Origin: an uncultured delta proteobacterium
GTDB lineage: Bacteria > Myxococcota_A > Polyangia > Polyangiales > Houyiibacteriaceae
Direction of reading: 5' to 3'
Assembly (NCBI GenBank): GCA_963712235.1
Contig: CAVQHC010000017.1
Location: 42,754 to 106,753, forward strand
DNA: 64,000 bases
The notes beneath the pieces were generated by a model. That model saw nothing but the letters and a program-made list of their open reading frames with translations, had not been told where the DNA came from and made no database searches. The translations under genes were made by a program, and so were the position numbers. Shown piece by piece: positions 47,464 through 56,068 of the stretch. Numbering within the stretch: the stretch's first letter is position 1; every line of letters begins with the position of its first letter.

Positions 47464-49056
47464 TCACGCGGCCGCGACAATCCGGGCGGTCTCGTGGAAG
47501 GTCCAATTCTCGTTGTCCCGCTCCGCCCGGCCGAGCTCCCATTCATCGCGAAACAGGGCCACTGGACGATTGTCCCGGTCGACGACGGCCATCGGGACCC
47601 GCTTGGCCTTGAGCTCCGCGCAGTCGGCGGCGCCCGTCACCCAACGCGCGTGCTGGTATGGGAGAAGGTCGAACGACACCCTGGCGCCATACTCGTGCTC
47701 GAGACGAAACATCAGCACTTCGAATTGAAGGCGACCCACCACGCCGCACACGGGATCCTTCTCGCGGCCCGGCTCCATGAAGAGCTGAACCGTGCCTTCT
47801 TCGGAAAGCTCTTGGATGCCTTTTTGGAGCTGCTTGCGTTTGAGCGGATCGAGAAGCTGCAGCCGCCCGAAGTGCTCCGGAGAGAATTGCGGGACCGCGT
47901 CGAAGCTCATGGGGCCGTTCGTCGAAAGGGTGTCGCCGATTCGAAAGAGCCCGGGGTCGTACAGGCCCACGATGTCCCCCGCATAGGCCTCCACCACGCT
48001 CTCGCGTTCCTGCGCGAAAAATTGCTCCGCACGATTGAGGCGGATCTCTTTTCCAAGCCGGAAGTGGTTGACGCGCATCCCTCCCTCGAACTTCCCGGAG
48101 CAGATGCGCGCGAACGCGATTCGGTCCCTGTGCGACGGGTCCATGTTGGCCTGCACTTTGAATACGAATGCGCTGAATCGATCGTCGTCCGGCCGGACGG
48201 TGACGTCTCCTGTTGCTTCGCGCTCGCCCGGCGGGGGGCAGAGCCCCTTGAACGATCGCAAAAAGGGCTCGACGCCGAAGTTGTTGAGTGCGCTACCGAA
48301 GAACACCGGCGTGATTTCGCCGGCCAGGAATCGCTCTTCGTCCCACTCTTCGCCTGCACCGTCGAGGAGCTCCACCTCGTCGCGAAGGGTTTGGGCAGCT
48401 TCTTCCCCGAGCAGAGCGTCGAGCTCCGGGTCGTCGAGGCCGGTGACCTTCATGACCGCGCGTTTGGATTGGCCCTCGGACGAACGCTCGAAACGAATCA
48501 CGAGCTTGTTGATTCGATCGTAGACGCCTTGGAATAGGTCGCCGCTCCCGATCGGCCAAGTGAACGGCACCGTGCTCACGCCGAGCACCTCTTCGACTTC
48601 GCTCATCAAGGCGAAGGCGTCGCGGGCGGGTCGGTCCATCTTGTTGATGAAGGTGACGACCGGCGTGTTACGCAGGCGGCAAACATGAAAGAGCTTGCGG
48701 GTCTGAGGCTCGACGCCCCTCGCGGCGTCGAGAATCATGATGCCGCAGTCGGCTGCCATCAGCGTTCGGTACGTGTCCTCGCTGAAGTCGTTGTGGCCCG
48801 GGGTGTCGAGCAGGTTCCAGCGGATGTCGTCGTACTCGAACTGCAGGACCGAAGTCGTGACCGAGATGCCGCGTTGTTTTTCGAGCGCCATCCAATCGCT
48901 CACAGCAGATCGCTTGGCCTTGCGCGACTTGACGGCGCCGGCCGCATGAATGGCGCCTCCGTAAAGCAGTAGCTTTTCGGTCAAGGTCGTCTTGCCGGCG
49001 TCCGGATGCGAGATGATCGCGAACGTACGCCTCCGCTGGTATTCGTTCTGGCCCAT
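47464..49056 (-). CDS. prfC: Peptide chain release factor 3
   Basis: RRRTFAIISHPDAGKTTLTEKLLL, LLDTPGHNDF, FINKMDR GTPase motifs. Start set at MGQNEYQ. Confidence 0.93.
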   Translation of the reverse strand: MGQNEYQRRRTFAIISHPDAGKTTLTEKLLLYGGAIHAAGAVKSRKAKRSAVSDWMALEKQRGISVTTSVLQFEYDDIRWNLLDTPGHNDFSEDTYRTLMAADCGIMILDAARGVEPQTRKLFHVCRLRNTPVVTFINKMDRPARDAFALMSEVEEVLGVSTVPFTWPIGSGDLFQGVYDRINKLVIRFERSSEGQSKRAVMKVTGLDDPELDALLGEEAAQTLRDEVELLDGAGEEWDEERFLAGEITPVFFGSALNNFGVEPFLRSFKGLCPPPGEREATGDVTVRPDDDRFSAFVFKVQANMDPSHRDRIAFARICSGKFEGGMRVNHFRLGKEIRLNRAEQFFAQERESVVEAYAGDIVGLYDPGLFRIGDTLSTNGPMSFDAVPQFSPEHFGRLQLLDPLKRKQLQKGIQELSEEGTVQLFMEPGREKDPVCGVVGRLQFEVLMFRLEHEYGARVSFDLLPYQHARWVTGAADCAELKAKRVPMAVVDRDNRPVALFRDEWELGRAERDNENWTFHETARIVAAA

Positions 49057-49126
49057 GCCCCGGCGGCAAGATAGCCACTGTGCTCGGTTGCGCCAGTCTG
49101 CGAACGTGCTGTGATGCGCGCTGCCA

Positions 49127-50065
49127 ATGGCGGGGCTATTTCCAGAGATCGAGCCATACGACACGGGCTATCTCCGCGTCGATGAGCTGCACTCCGTGTA
49201 CTTCGAGCAATGCGGCAATCCACGGGGAAAGCCGGCCCTCTTCGTACATGGGGGGCCCGGTGGCGGCGCGAATTCGGTGCATCGCCGGTTCTGGGACCCT
49301 GCCGTCTACCGCATCATTCTCTTCGATCAGCGCGGCTGCGGCCGCAGCACGCCTCACGCAGAGCTGCAAAACAATACGACCTGGGATCTAGTCCAGGACA
49401 TGGAGCGAATTCGAGAGCACCTGGGCATCGAGCGCTGGCAGTTGTTTGGCGGCTCCTGGGGGAGCACGCTCAGTTTGACCTATGCGCAGCAGCACCCGGA
49501 GCGTGTGTCTGACATGGTGCTGCGCGGCATCTTTCTACTCCGGCAACGCGAGATCGACTGGTACTACCAGGAAGGCGCGAGCCGAATCTTCCCCGAGGCC
49601 TGGCAGAAGTACCTCGAGCCGATCCCGGAAGAAGAGCGCGGCAGCTTAGTGGACGCTTACTACCGCCGCCTCACGAGCAGCGATCGAGACGAACGAATTC
49701 GAGCCGCGCGCGCATGGAGCATGTGGGAAGGCAGCACGAGCCGACTCCTCCCCGACCCCGAATTGATCGCACGAACCGGCGACGAAACGTTTGCCGAAGC
49801 CTTCGCGCGGATCGAGTGTCACTACTTCGTCAACGGCGGCTTCTTTCAAGACGAGAACCAGCTGCTAAACAACGTCGACCGCATCCAAGACATCCCTACG
49901 CTCATCGTCCAAGGCCGCTACGACATCGTGTGCCCCGCCGAAAGCGCCTACGAGCTTCACCGCGCCCTACCCAAAAGCACCCTCCAAATCGCTCCCCGCT
50001 CCGGCCACTCCGCCCTCGAACCAGAAATCACCGCCCTCCTCGTGGGGGGAACGTCTCCTACCTAG
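49127..50065 (+). CDS. pip: Prolyl aminopeptidase (proline iminopeptidase)
   Basis: VHGGPGGG, FDQRGCGRS, GGSWGSTL (GxSxG), HYF..GGFF. 312 aa. Confidence 0.92.
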   Translation: MAGLFPEIEPYDTGYLRVDELHSVYFEQCGNPRGKPALFVHGGPGGGANSVHRRFWDPAVYRIILFDQRGCGRSTPHAELQNNTTWDLVQDMERIREHLGIERWQLFGGSWGSTLSLTYAQQHPERVSDMVLRGIFLLRQREIDWYYQEGASRIFPEAWQKYLEPIPEEERGSLVDAYYRRLTSSDRDERIRAARAWSMWEGSTSRLLPDPELIARTGDETFAEAFARIECHYFVNGGFFQDENQLLNNVDRIQDIPTLIVQGRYDIVCPAESAYELHRALPKSTLQIAPRSGHSALEPEITALLVGGTSPT

Positions 50066-51731
50066 AGAATTTGCGGTATTTGATGCGGTGGGGGACGTCG
50101 GCGTCGGTGCCTAGGCGGGCTTTGCGGTCGGCGGCGTAGTCGGCGTACGAGCCTTCGTGCCAAACGACCCGGCTGTCGCCTTCGAAGGCGAGGATGTGGG
50201 TGCAGATGCGGTCGAGGTACCAGCGATCGTGGCTGATGATCATCGCGCAGCCGGGGAACGCGAGGATCGCTTCTTCGAGTGACCGCAAGGTGTCGACGTC
50301 GATGTCGTTGGTCGGCTCATCGAGGAGCAAGACGTTGCCGCCGCTCTTGAGGAGCTTCGCGAGATGCACGCGGTTTCGCTCACCGCCGCTGAGGCTCTTC
50401 ACCGGCTTTTGCTGATCGCTGCCGCGGAAGTTGAACCAGCCTACATAGGCACGCGACTTCACCGTGCCGCCACCGACGTCGATCTCGTCGGCACCGTCCG
50501 TGATCTCCTTGAACACGTTGTTGCCGTCATCGAGCGAGTCGCGGCTCTGATCCACGTACGAGAGCGCCACCGTGTCTCCCACGGTGATCGTCCCCGAGTC
50601 GGGCTTCTCCTCGCCCACCAGCATTCGAAACAAGGTCGTCTTGCCCGCACCGTTCGGCCCGACGATCCCGACGATCGCCCCGCGCGGCACGATTAAGCTC
50701 AGGTCCTCGAACAGAAGCTTGTCGCCGTAGCCCTTGCTCACCCCGTCGACTTCGAACACCTGCGTACCCAGCCGCGGCCCCGGCGGAATTCGAATCTCGT
50801 TGGCATCGCCTCGGGCCTTGGCCGCGTCGGCCACCAAGCTCTCGAACGCCGTGATGCGGGCCTTGCTCTTTGCTTGCCGAGCCTTGGGCGACGATCGAAC
50901 CCACTCGAGCTCCCGGGCGATCTTCCGCTTCCGAGAGCTGTCTTTCTTCTCCTCTTGGGCGAGCCGCGCCTCTTTGGCTTCGAGCCACTGCGAATAGTTG
51001 CCCTGAAACGGATGGGCCTCCCCGCGGTCCAGCTCGAGGATCCACTCCACGATCTCGTCCAAGAAGTAACGGTCATGGGTGACCAAAATCACGCAGCCCG
51101 GATACTTCTGCAGATAACCCTGCAACCAAGCGACCGACTCGGCGTCGAGGTGGTTGGTCGGCTCGTCGAGCAAAAGGAGCTCCGGTTTCTCCAGCAACAA
51201 GCGGCAAAGGGCGACCCGTCGCTTCTCACCGCCTGACAGCGTCTTCGGGTCGGCGTCGGCCGGAGGCAAACGAAGCGCGTCCATCGCGATCTCGAGCGTG
51301 CTCTCGAGGTTCCAACCGTCGACGGCGTCGATCTTGTCTTGAAGAGCGCCCTGCCGGTCGAGCAGCTTGGCCATCTCCTCGTCGCTCATCGGCTCACCCA
51401 GCTTCATGCTGAGCTCGTTGAACTCGTCGAGAATGGCGCGGACCGACGAGACACCCGCTTCTACGGCTTCCAAGACGGTCTTCGCGTCACCGAGGTTCGG
51501 CTCCTGCGGCAGGTAGCCCACGTGTGCGCCGGGACGAATCCAGGCCTCGCCGGTGAAGCTGTCATCCACCCCCGCCATGATGCGAAGCAAGGACGACTTG
51601 CCGGTGCCATTCACACCAATGACCCCTATCTTCGCGTTCGGAAGGAACGAAAGATAGAGGTCTTCGATGATCTTCTTGTCCGGGGGATGAACTTTCGTAA
51701 CCCCCTTCATCGTGAAGATGAATTCTGCCAT
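50058..51731 (-). CDS. ettA: Energy-dependent translational throttle ABC-F protein
   Basis: Near-collinear with the E. coli EttA pattern: two ABC cassettes (GVNGTGKSS, GPNGAGKTT; LSGGEKRRVAL, LSGGERNRVHL), HDRYFLD and HDRWYLD. Confidence 0.95.
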   Translation of the reverse strand: MAEFIFTMKGVTKVHPPDKKIIEDLYLSFLPNAKIGVIGVNGTGKSSLLRIMAGVDDSFTGEAWIRPGAHVGYLPQEPNLGDAKTVLEAVEAGVSSVRAILDEFNELSMKLGEPMSDEEMAKLLDRQGALQDKIDAVDGWNLESTLEIAMDALRLPPADADPKTLSGGEKRRVALCRLLLEKPELLLLDEPTNHLDAESVAWLQGYLQKYPGCVILVTHDRYFLDEIVEWILELDRGEAHPFQGNYSQWLEAKEARLAQEEKKDSSRKRKIARELEWVRSSPKARQAKSKARITAFESLVADAAKARGDANEIRIPPGPRLGTQVFEVDGVSKGYGDKLLFEDLSLIVPRGAIVGIVGPNGAGKTTLFRMLVGEEKPDSGTITVGDTVALSYVDQSRDSLDDGNNVFKEITDGADEIDVGGGTVKSRAYVGWFNFRGSDQQKPVKSLSGGERNRVHLAKLLKSGGNVLLLDEPTNDIDVDTLRSLEEAILAFPGCAMIISHDRWYLDRICTHILAFEGDSRVVWHEGSYADYAADRKARLGTDADVPHRIKYRKFSR

Positions 51732-51734
51732 GAG

Positions 51735-53351
51735 CTATGTAGCGGTGCGTCTCCTGGTCAGCCACATAGCAACGAAGCAGAGCGCAATCCAACCGAGGGA
51801 CGCACTCTTTGCCGCGCTCACACTGCAACCGTCCGAGCTGCTTGCATCACCGCTCGGGCCACCCTTCCCGTCGCCCGGGTCCGCCTTGCCTTTCGGCGCC
51901 GCTTCCAGTGCACCGGCTTTGAGGTCGAGCTCCGGAATGTCGGTTTGGATCAAGCCCGGCAGCTGACGGGTCAGCGTCTTGCCGGTCGTCCCCTCGAGCG
52001 CGGTGTTGCCCGCTGCAAAGGGCCTTGGCGTCGGGCCACCGGGCGGTCCACCCCAGGTGCCACGCTGCGGATTCTCGCAGGCGATCGGCTCTTCCCAGCG
52101 GTGCAAGATCACGTAGCGCCCCTGAAAGTTGTTGACGCTGGACGCCTGCGCGCGCCGTTCTCCGAGCTCACCCTTCTGATCGGGCATGCCGCGGCCGCCG
52201 ACGATCGGGCCCGCTGCGCGAAACACGAGGTCCTCGTCGAGCCCGTCCTTGTCGTAGCGGTAGTGCAAGCGCGTGAGCACGAAGCCGTAGGGCTGCCACG
52301 ACGGGCGCCGCCTGCGCTGCGGCACCACGCCGGGGATGTCGGAGTAGGGATCTTGCTCGCCCGGCACGATCACGTCGCCACCGAGTGTCGCGAGCTCATC
52401 GGGCCTCAGCGGCGGCTCCGGACAGGGATCACAGGTCGTCGCGTCCCATGCGTATTCCGTCACCACGGCGCCTGGGTTTTTCTCGATCGTTCGCTCGAAA
52501 AGCGCGTCGTAGAACGCTCCAAAGGTCTTCCGAACACTGTCTTCGACGCGGATGTTGGTTGGGATCGACGCATTCTTGTAGTTCGCGACCTCGTAGCGCT
52601 GCTGCTTTCCGAGAATGTGAACGATCAGGTCCTGCTTGCCCGCGCTGTTGAGCAGGCCGAGCCGCACCGGCAGCGTGAACGTCGGCGCGTCGTAGTGGAA
52701 CCGGAGGGGCGAGAGCACGGCCTTGCCATCGCGGAACGTCACCTTCTGTGCATCGACCTTGGCCACGAAGAACTTGGTGTTCTGCTCGACGTAGGGACGA
52801 AGCACCGCGTTGGCGCCCTTGGGGATGTTGTACTCGTTCTTGCGAAGCCACTTGTCGAGACCGCCCGAATCCTTGGCGCTCAAGATGACGATGTCGTACT
52901 CGGCGACCTTGAACTGCGCTTCGATGGTGACGCCAAACTTCGAGTCATCTTCGGCGTCCGCACTCGACTTGGCCCGTCGCGCCATGGGCGCACCCGCTGC
53001 CATCTCGTAGACGACCATGGGACGACAGGGGTCCTGCTCCCAGTACTCGACCAGGCGCGGCGCCGCGAGCTTGTCGACCCGCGAAAAGATCTCGGGCGGC
53101 AGGGTCTTCACGTTCTCTTCCTGCAGAACGACCGGCACGGGCACGATCATCGCGAAGTCTTCCGGCGGCCCCTGGTAGTTGTTCTGCATCGAGAGCACGG
53201 TCCGCGTGCCCTCGCGCATCATGACGACCATGGTCGCGTTGTTGTAGAGCGAGGCATCGGCCCCACTCACGTAAAAACCACAAAATGCGCGTGACGTCGT
53301 CGGCCAGGCCATGGCCACGCACAGACCTAAAACAGCGATTGCTTGCTTCAT
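51735..53351 (-). CDS. DUF2330-family secreted protein with MYXO-CTERM-type anchor
   Basis: Signal MKQAIAVLGLCVAMAWPTTSRA followed by FCGFYV. C-terminal DGCSVSAAKSASLGWIALCFVAMWLTRRR. Confidence 0.75.
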   Translation of the reverse strand: MKQAIAVLGLCVAMAWPTTSRAFCGFYVSGADASLYNNATMVVMMREGTRTVLSMQNNYQGPPEDFAMIVPVPVVLQEENVKTLPPEIFSRVDKLAAPRLVEYWEQDPCRPMVVYEMAAGAPMARRAKSSADAEDDSKFGVTIEAQFKVAEYDIVILSAKDSGGLDKWLRKNEYNIPKGANAVLRPYVEQNTKFFVAKVDAQKVTFRDGKAVLSPLRFHYDAPTFTLPVRLGLLNSAGKQDLIVHILGKQQRYEVANYKNASIPTNIRVEDSVRKTFGAFYDALFERTIEKNPGAVVTEYAWDATTCDPCPEPPLRPDELATLGGDVIVPGEQDPYSDIPGVVPQRRRRPSWQPYGFVLTRLHYRYDKDGLDEDLVFRAAGPIVGGRGMPDQKGELGERRAQASSVNNFQGRYVILHRWEEPIACENPQRGTWGGPPGGPTPRPFAAGNTALEGTTGKTLTRQLPGLIQTDIPELDLKAGALEAAPKGKADPGDGKGGPSGDASSSDGCSVSAAKSASLGWIALCFVAMWLTRRRTAT

Positions 53352-53450
53352 CGAATGTTCCTCACTTGCCCAGGTAGACGCACCAGCTCGCAATTCGGAT
53401 CCATTTTTCTAAGAACCCGAGCGATTGGGGCGAGATCAGCGGGATCGAGG

Positions 53451-54407
53451 TTACTTCTTGATGTCGAGCAGCTCGACGTCGAAGACCAGCATCCCTGCCG
53501 GTCGCCCAGGTCGGCCGCCGTAGGCCAGGTCCTGCGGAATCCAGATGCGTCGCGACTCGCCAACGACCATGAGCTGCAGGCCCTCGGTCCAGCCCGGAAT
53601 GACCTGGTTCAGGCCGAAGCTCGCAGGCGTTCCACGCACCACGGAGCTATCGAACATCTTTCCGTCGGTCGTCCATCCCGAGTAGTGCACGGTCACGACG
53701 CTCGTCGCGGTGGGATGCTCGGTGCCCGTTCCCTTTTTGAGCACGCGCGATCCGATGCCGGATTTGGTCTTCTTTGCGTTCTTGGGAATCTTCGCGACGT
53801 CTTTGGGCGTCTCGGGCGGCTTGGGCGCTTCCTTGAAGCTGATCAGCTCCACGTCGAACACCAGGGTGCCGCGGGGCGGGCCCACACCAGCATGCGGGTC
53901 GTTCGGCGCTTCTTCCCCATACGCGAGGCTGCCCGGGATCCAGAACCGTCGCTTTTCACCCGTAACCATCATCTGCACGCCTTCGGTCCAACCTCGGATC
54001 ACGCGATTGAGGGGAAACTCCGCGGGCTGTCCGCGCACCACCGAGCTGTCGAACATGCGCCCGGCGGTGGTCCAGCCGGTGTAGTTGACCGTCACGATGT
54101 CTGCGCCAGTCGGATTCTTGTCGCCGGTCCCCGCTTGTAAGACGGTCCAGGCAAGTCCCGACTCGCTCTTCTCGGCGTTCTCGGGCGGCGCGGCTACGTC
54201 GGGGGGCGCCGGGAGTGCACCAGGCGCGGAGCCTTTGGCCACGATCGTCTGCGTGGTGGCTTCATTCTCGGCGGCTTCGGCTTTTTCGGCCGGCGCTTCG
54301 GCTTCCGCGGCGGGCTCGCCCTCCGCGGGTGCGGGTTCGCTGCTCTTGCAGGCGGTCAACGCGGCGGCGAGCACCGCGCAGCAAAGAAGGGTCCAGACAT
54401 TTTTCAT
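53451..54407 (-). CDS. Tandem FKBP-type peptidyl-prolyl isomerase lipoprotein
   Basis: MKNVWTLLCCAVLAAALTAC lipobox. Two FKBP domains (VTVNYTGW...IRGWTEG...WIP and VTVHYSGW...IPGWTEG...WIP). Confidence 0.88.
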   Translation of the reverse strand: MKNVWTLLCCAVLAAALTACKSSEPAPAEGEPAAEAEAPAEKAEAAENEATTQTIVAKGSAPGALPAPPDVAAPPENAEKSESGLAWTVLQAGTGDKNPTGADIVTVNYTGWTTAGRMFDSSVVRGQPAEFPLNRVIRGWTEGVQMMVTGEKRRFWIPGSLAYGEEAPNDPHAGVGPPRGTLVFDVELISFKEAPKPPETPKDVAKIPKNAKKTKSGIGSRVLKKGTGTEHPTATSVVTVHYSGWTTDGKMFDSSVVRGTPASFGLNQVIPGWTEGLQLMVVGESRRIWIPQDLAYGGRPGRPAGMLVFDVELLDIKK

Positions 54408-54439
54408 GGGGGCTTGGTAGCCGACTGCGCGCGCGCTGT

Positions 54440-54943
54440 CTACTTCTCTAGCCGTCCCGGGGGATTCGGTTTGGCGACCACCTCGACCACCTCCACGACC
54501 TCCCCTTCGACCTCAATCACCTCTTGGGGACGACCAGCCCGGCCGTTGTAGCCGGGCGCATACACTTGTACCCGGCCAGCTGCGATTTGCCGCTCGACCC
54601 AGCCTCGAACAAAGCCGGCAATGACTCTGCGCGTCGGGGGCATCACCATCGAAAGGCCGGCAATGTCGGTCAGGATACCGGGGGTGATGAGCATCAAGCC
54701 ACCGATGAAGATCAGGAAGCCATCGATGACGCCGTCTTTGGGGATCTGCTGCCGCGCTATGGCCTCTTGCCAGCGTCGAATCACGCGGGCGCCCTCGAGG
54801 CGAGCAAACCACGCGCCGACGGCGCCGGTCACGAGAACCAGGCCGATCGTTGCCGCCGGCCCGAGGACTCGGCCGACGGCGACCAAGAGGTAGAGCTCGA
54901 CGAGCGGAACGACCGTGAATAACAGGAAAAGGCGACCCACCAA
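54440..54943 (-). CDS. fxsA: FxsA family membrane protein
   Basis: LFLLFTVVPLVELYLLVAVG..., ITPGILTDIAGL. Confidence 0.85.
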   Translation of the reverse strand: MVGRLFLLFTVVPLVELYLLVAVGRVLGPAATIGLVLVTGAVGAWFARLEGARVIRRWQEAIARQQIPKDGVIDGFLIFIGGLMLITPGILTDIAGLSMVMPPTRRVIAGFVRGWVERQIAAGRVQVYAPGYNGRAGRPQEVIEVEGEVVEVVEVVAKPNPPGRLEK

Positions 54944-55031
54944 TCGACCCTAAGGCCTCTGCGGGACCCGCGCTACCCCGGTGCTGCCCCTTTGCTTGGC
55001 GTCCCCGTCTTTGTGCCGTACACCCGGCGGC

Positions 55032-56030
55032 ATGAATACGGCGCTCGACGGCTCGATGAGCCCGAAATGGGGACTGCGGTGCGTGTTGGGTGGCGCACTG
55101 ATGGGGCTTGCGAATCTGGTTCCGGGGATCAGCGGCGGTACGATGTTGCTCGCCGCCGGGATCTATCCTCGCTTCATTCAGGCCTTGGCGGACCTGAGCG
55201 GGCTCCGATTTCGAAAGCCGTCGTTCTTCGTTTTGGGGCTCGTCGGCATCGCCGCAGCGTCAGCGATTCTTCTCGGTGCCGGCCCGGTCAAAGATCTAGT
55301 CGTCGAGCATCGCTGGGCCATGTACAGCCTCTTCATCGGACTGACGCTCGGCGGTGTTCCGGTGCTTTGGCAAATGGCTCGGCCCGGGACGAACGCATTC
55401 TGGAGCGGCATGGTGGCGGGACTTGTCCTGATGGCGGCGCTCGCCTGGCTGCAGTTCCACGGTGCGAGCTCCGGCGCGAATCGAGAAGGGGTCGTCATGA
55501 TGTTCGTCGCTGGTGTCGCCGGGGCGAGCGCGATGATTCTGCCCGGCGTGAGCGGCGGGTATCTCTTGTTGGTCTTGGGTGTCTACGTGCCGGTGCTGAG
55601 CGCCATCCACGCGCTCAAAGAAGCCCTGAAGTCCGGCGACCTTGCGAGCGCCTCGGGGCCCGTGATGGGGGTCGTGCTTCCGGTCGGCGTGGGCGTTGCG
55701 GTCGGCATCCTGCTGATCAGCAACCTGATCAAAATCGTGCTGGAGCGTCACGAGCAACCAACGTTGGGTGTCCTGATGGGCCTCCTCGTGGGCGCAGTCT
55801 TCGGCCTGTGGCCTTTCCAAGACGGCGTGGCGCCCAAGGTCGGCGAGATGTTCAAGGGACAGATCCTCACGAGCGAACGACTCGCCGAGTTGACGCCGGA
55901 CAAGTTCCCAACCGAGTTCTACACGCCCACGTTCAGCGAAGTCATGATGGCGCTGGGCCTACTTGGCGTCGGCTACATGGTCACGACGCTGGTCGCTCGC
56001 GTCGGCGGCGCCAAGCCCGCACGGCGTTAG
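55032..56030 (+). CDS. DUF368-family integral membrane protein
   Basis: LVPGISGGTMLL and ILPGVSGGYLLL duplicated motifs. Multiple TM helices. Confidence 0.8.
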   Translation: MNTALDGSMSPKWGLRCVLGGALMGLANLVPGISGGTMLLAAGIYPRFIQALADLSGLRFRKPSFFVLGLVGIAAASAILLGAGPVKDLVVEHRWAMYSLFIGLTLGGVPVLWQMARPGTNAFWSGMVAGLVLMAALAWLQFHGASSGANREGVVMMFVAGVAGASAMILPGVSGGYLLLVLGVYVPVLSAIHALKEALKSGDLASASGPVMGVVLPVGVGVAVGILLISNLIKIVLERHEQPTLGVLMGLLVGAVFGLWPFQDGVAPKVGEMFKGQILTSERLAELTPDKFPTEFYTPTFSEVMMALGLLGVGYMVTTLVARVGGAKPARR

Positions 56031-56068
56031 GCCCAAGGCGATTCGGTCGAACCGTCGCTTTTCGCGCC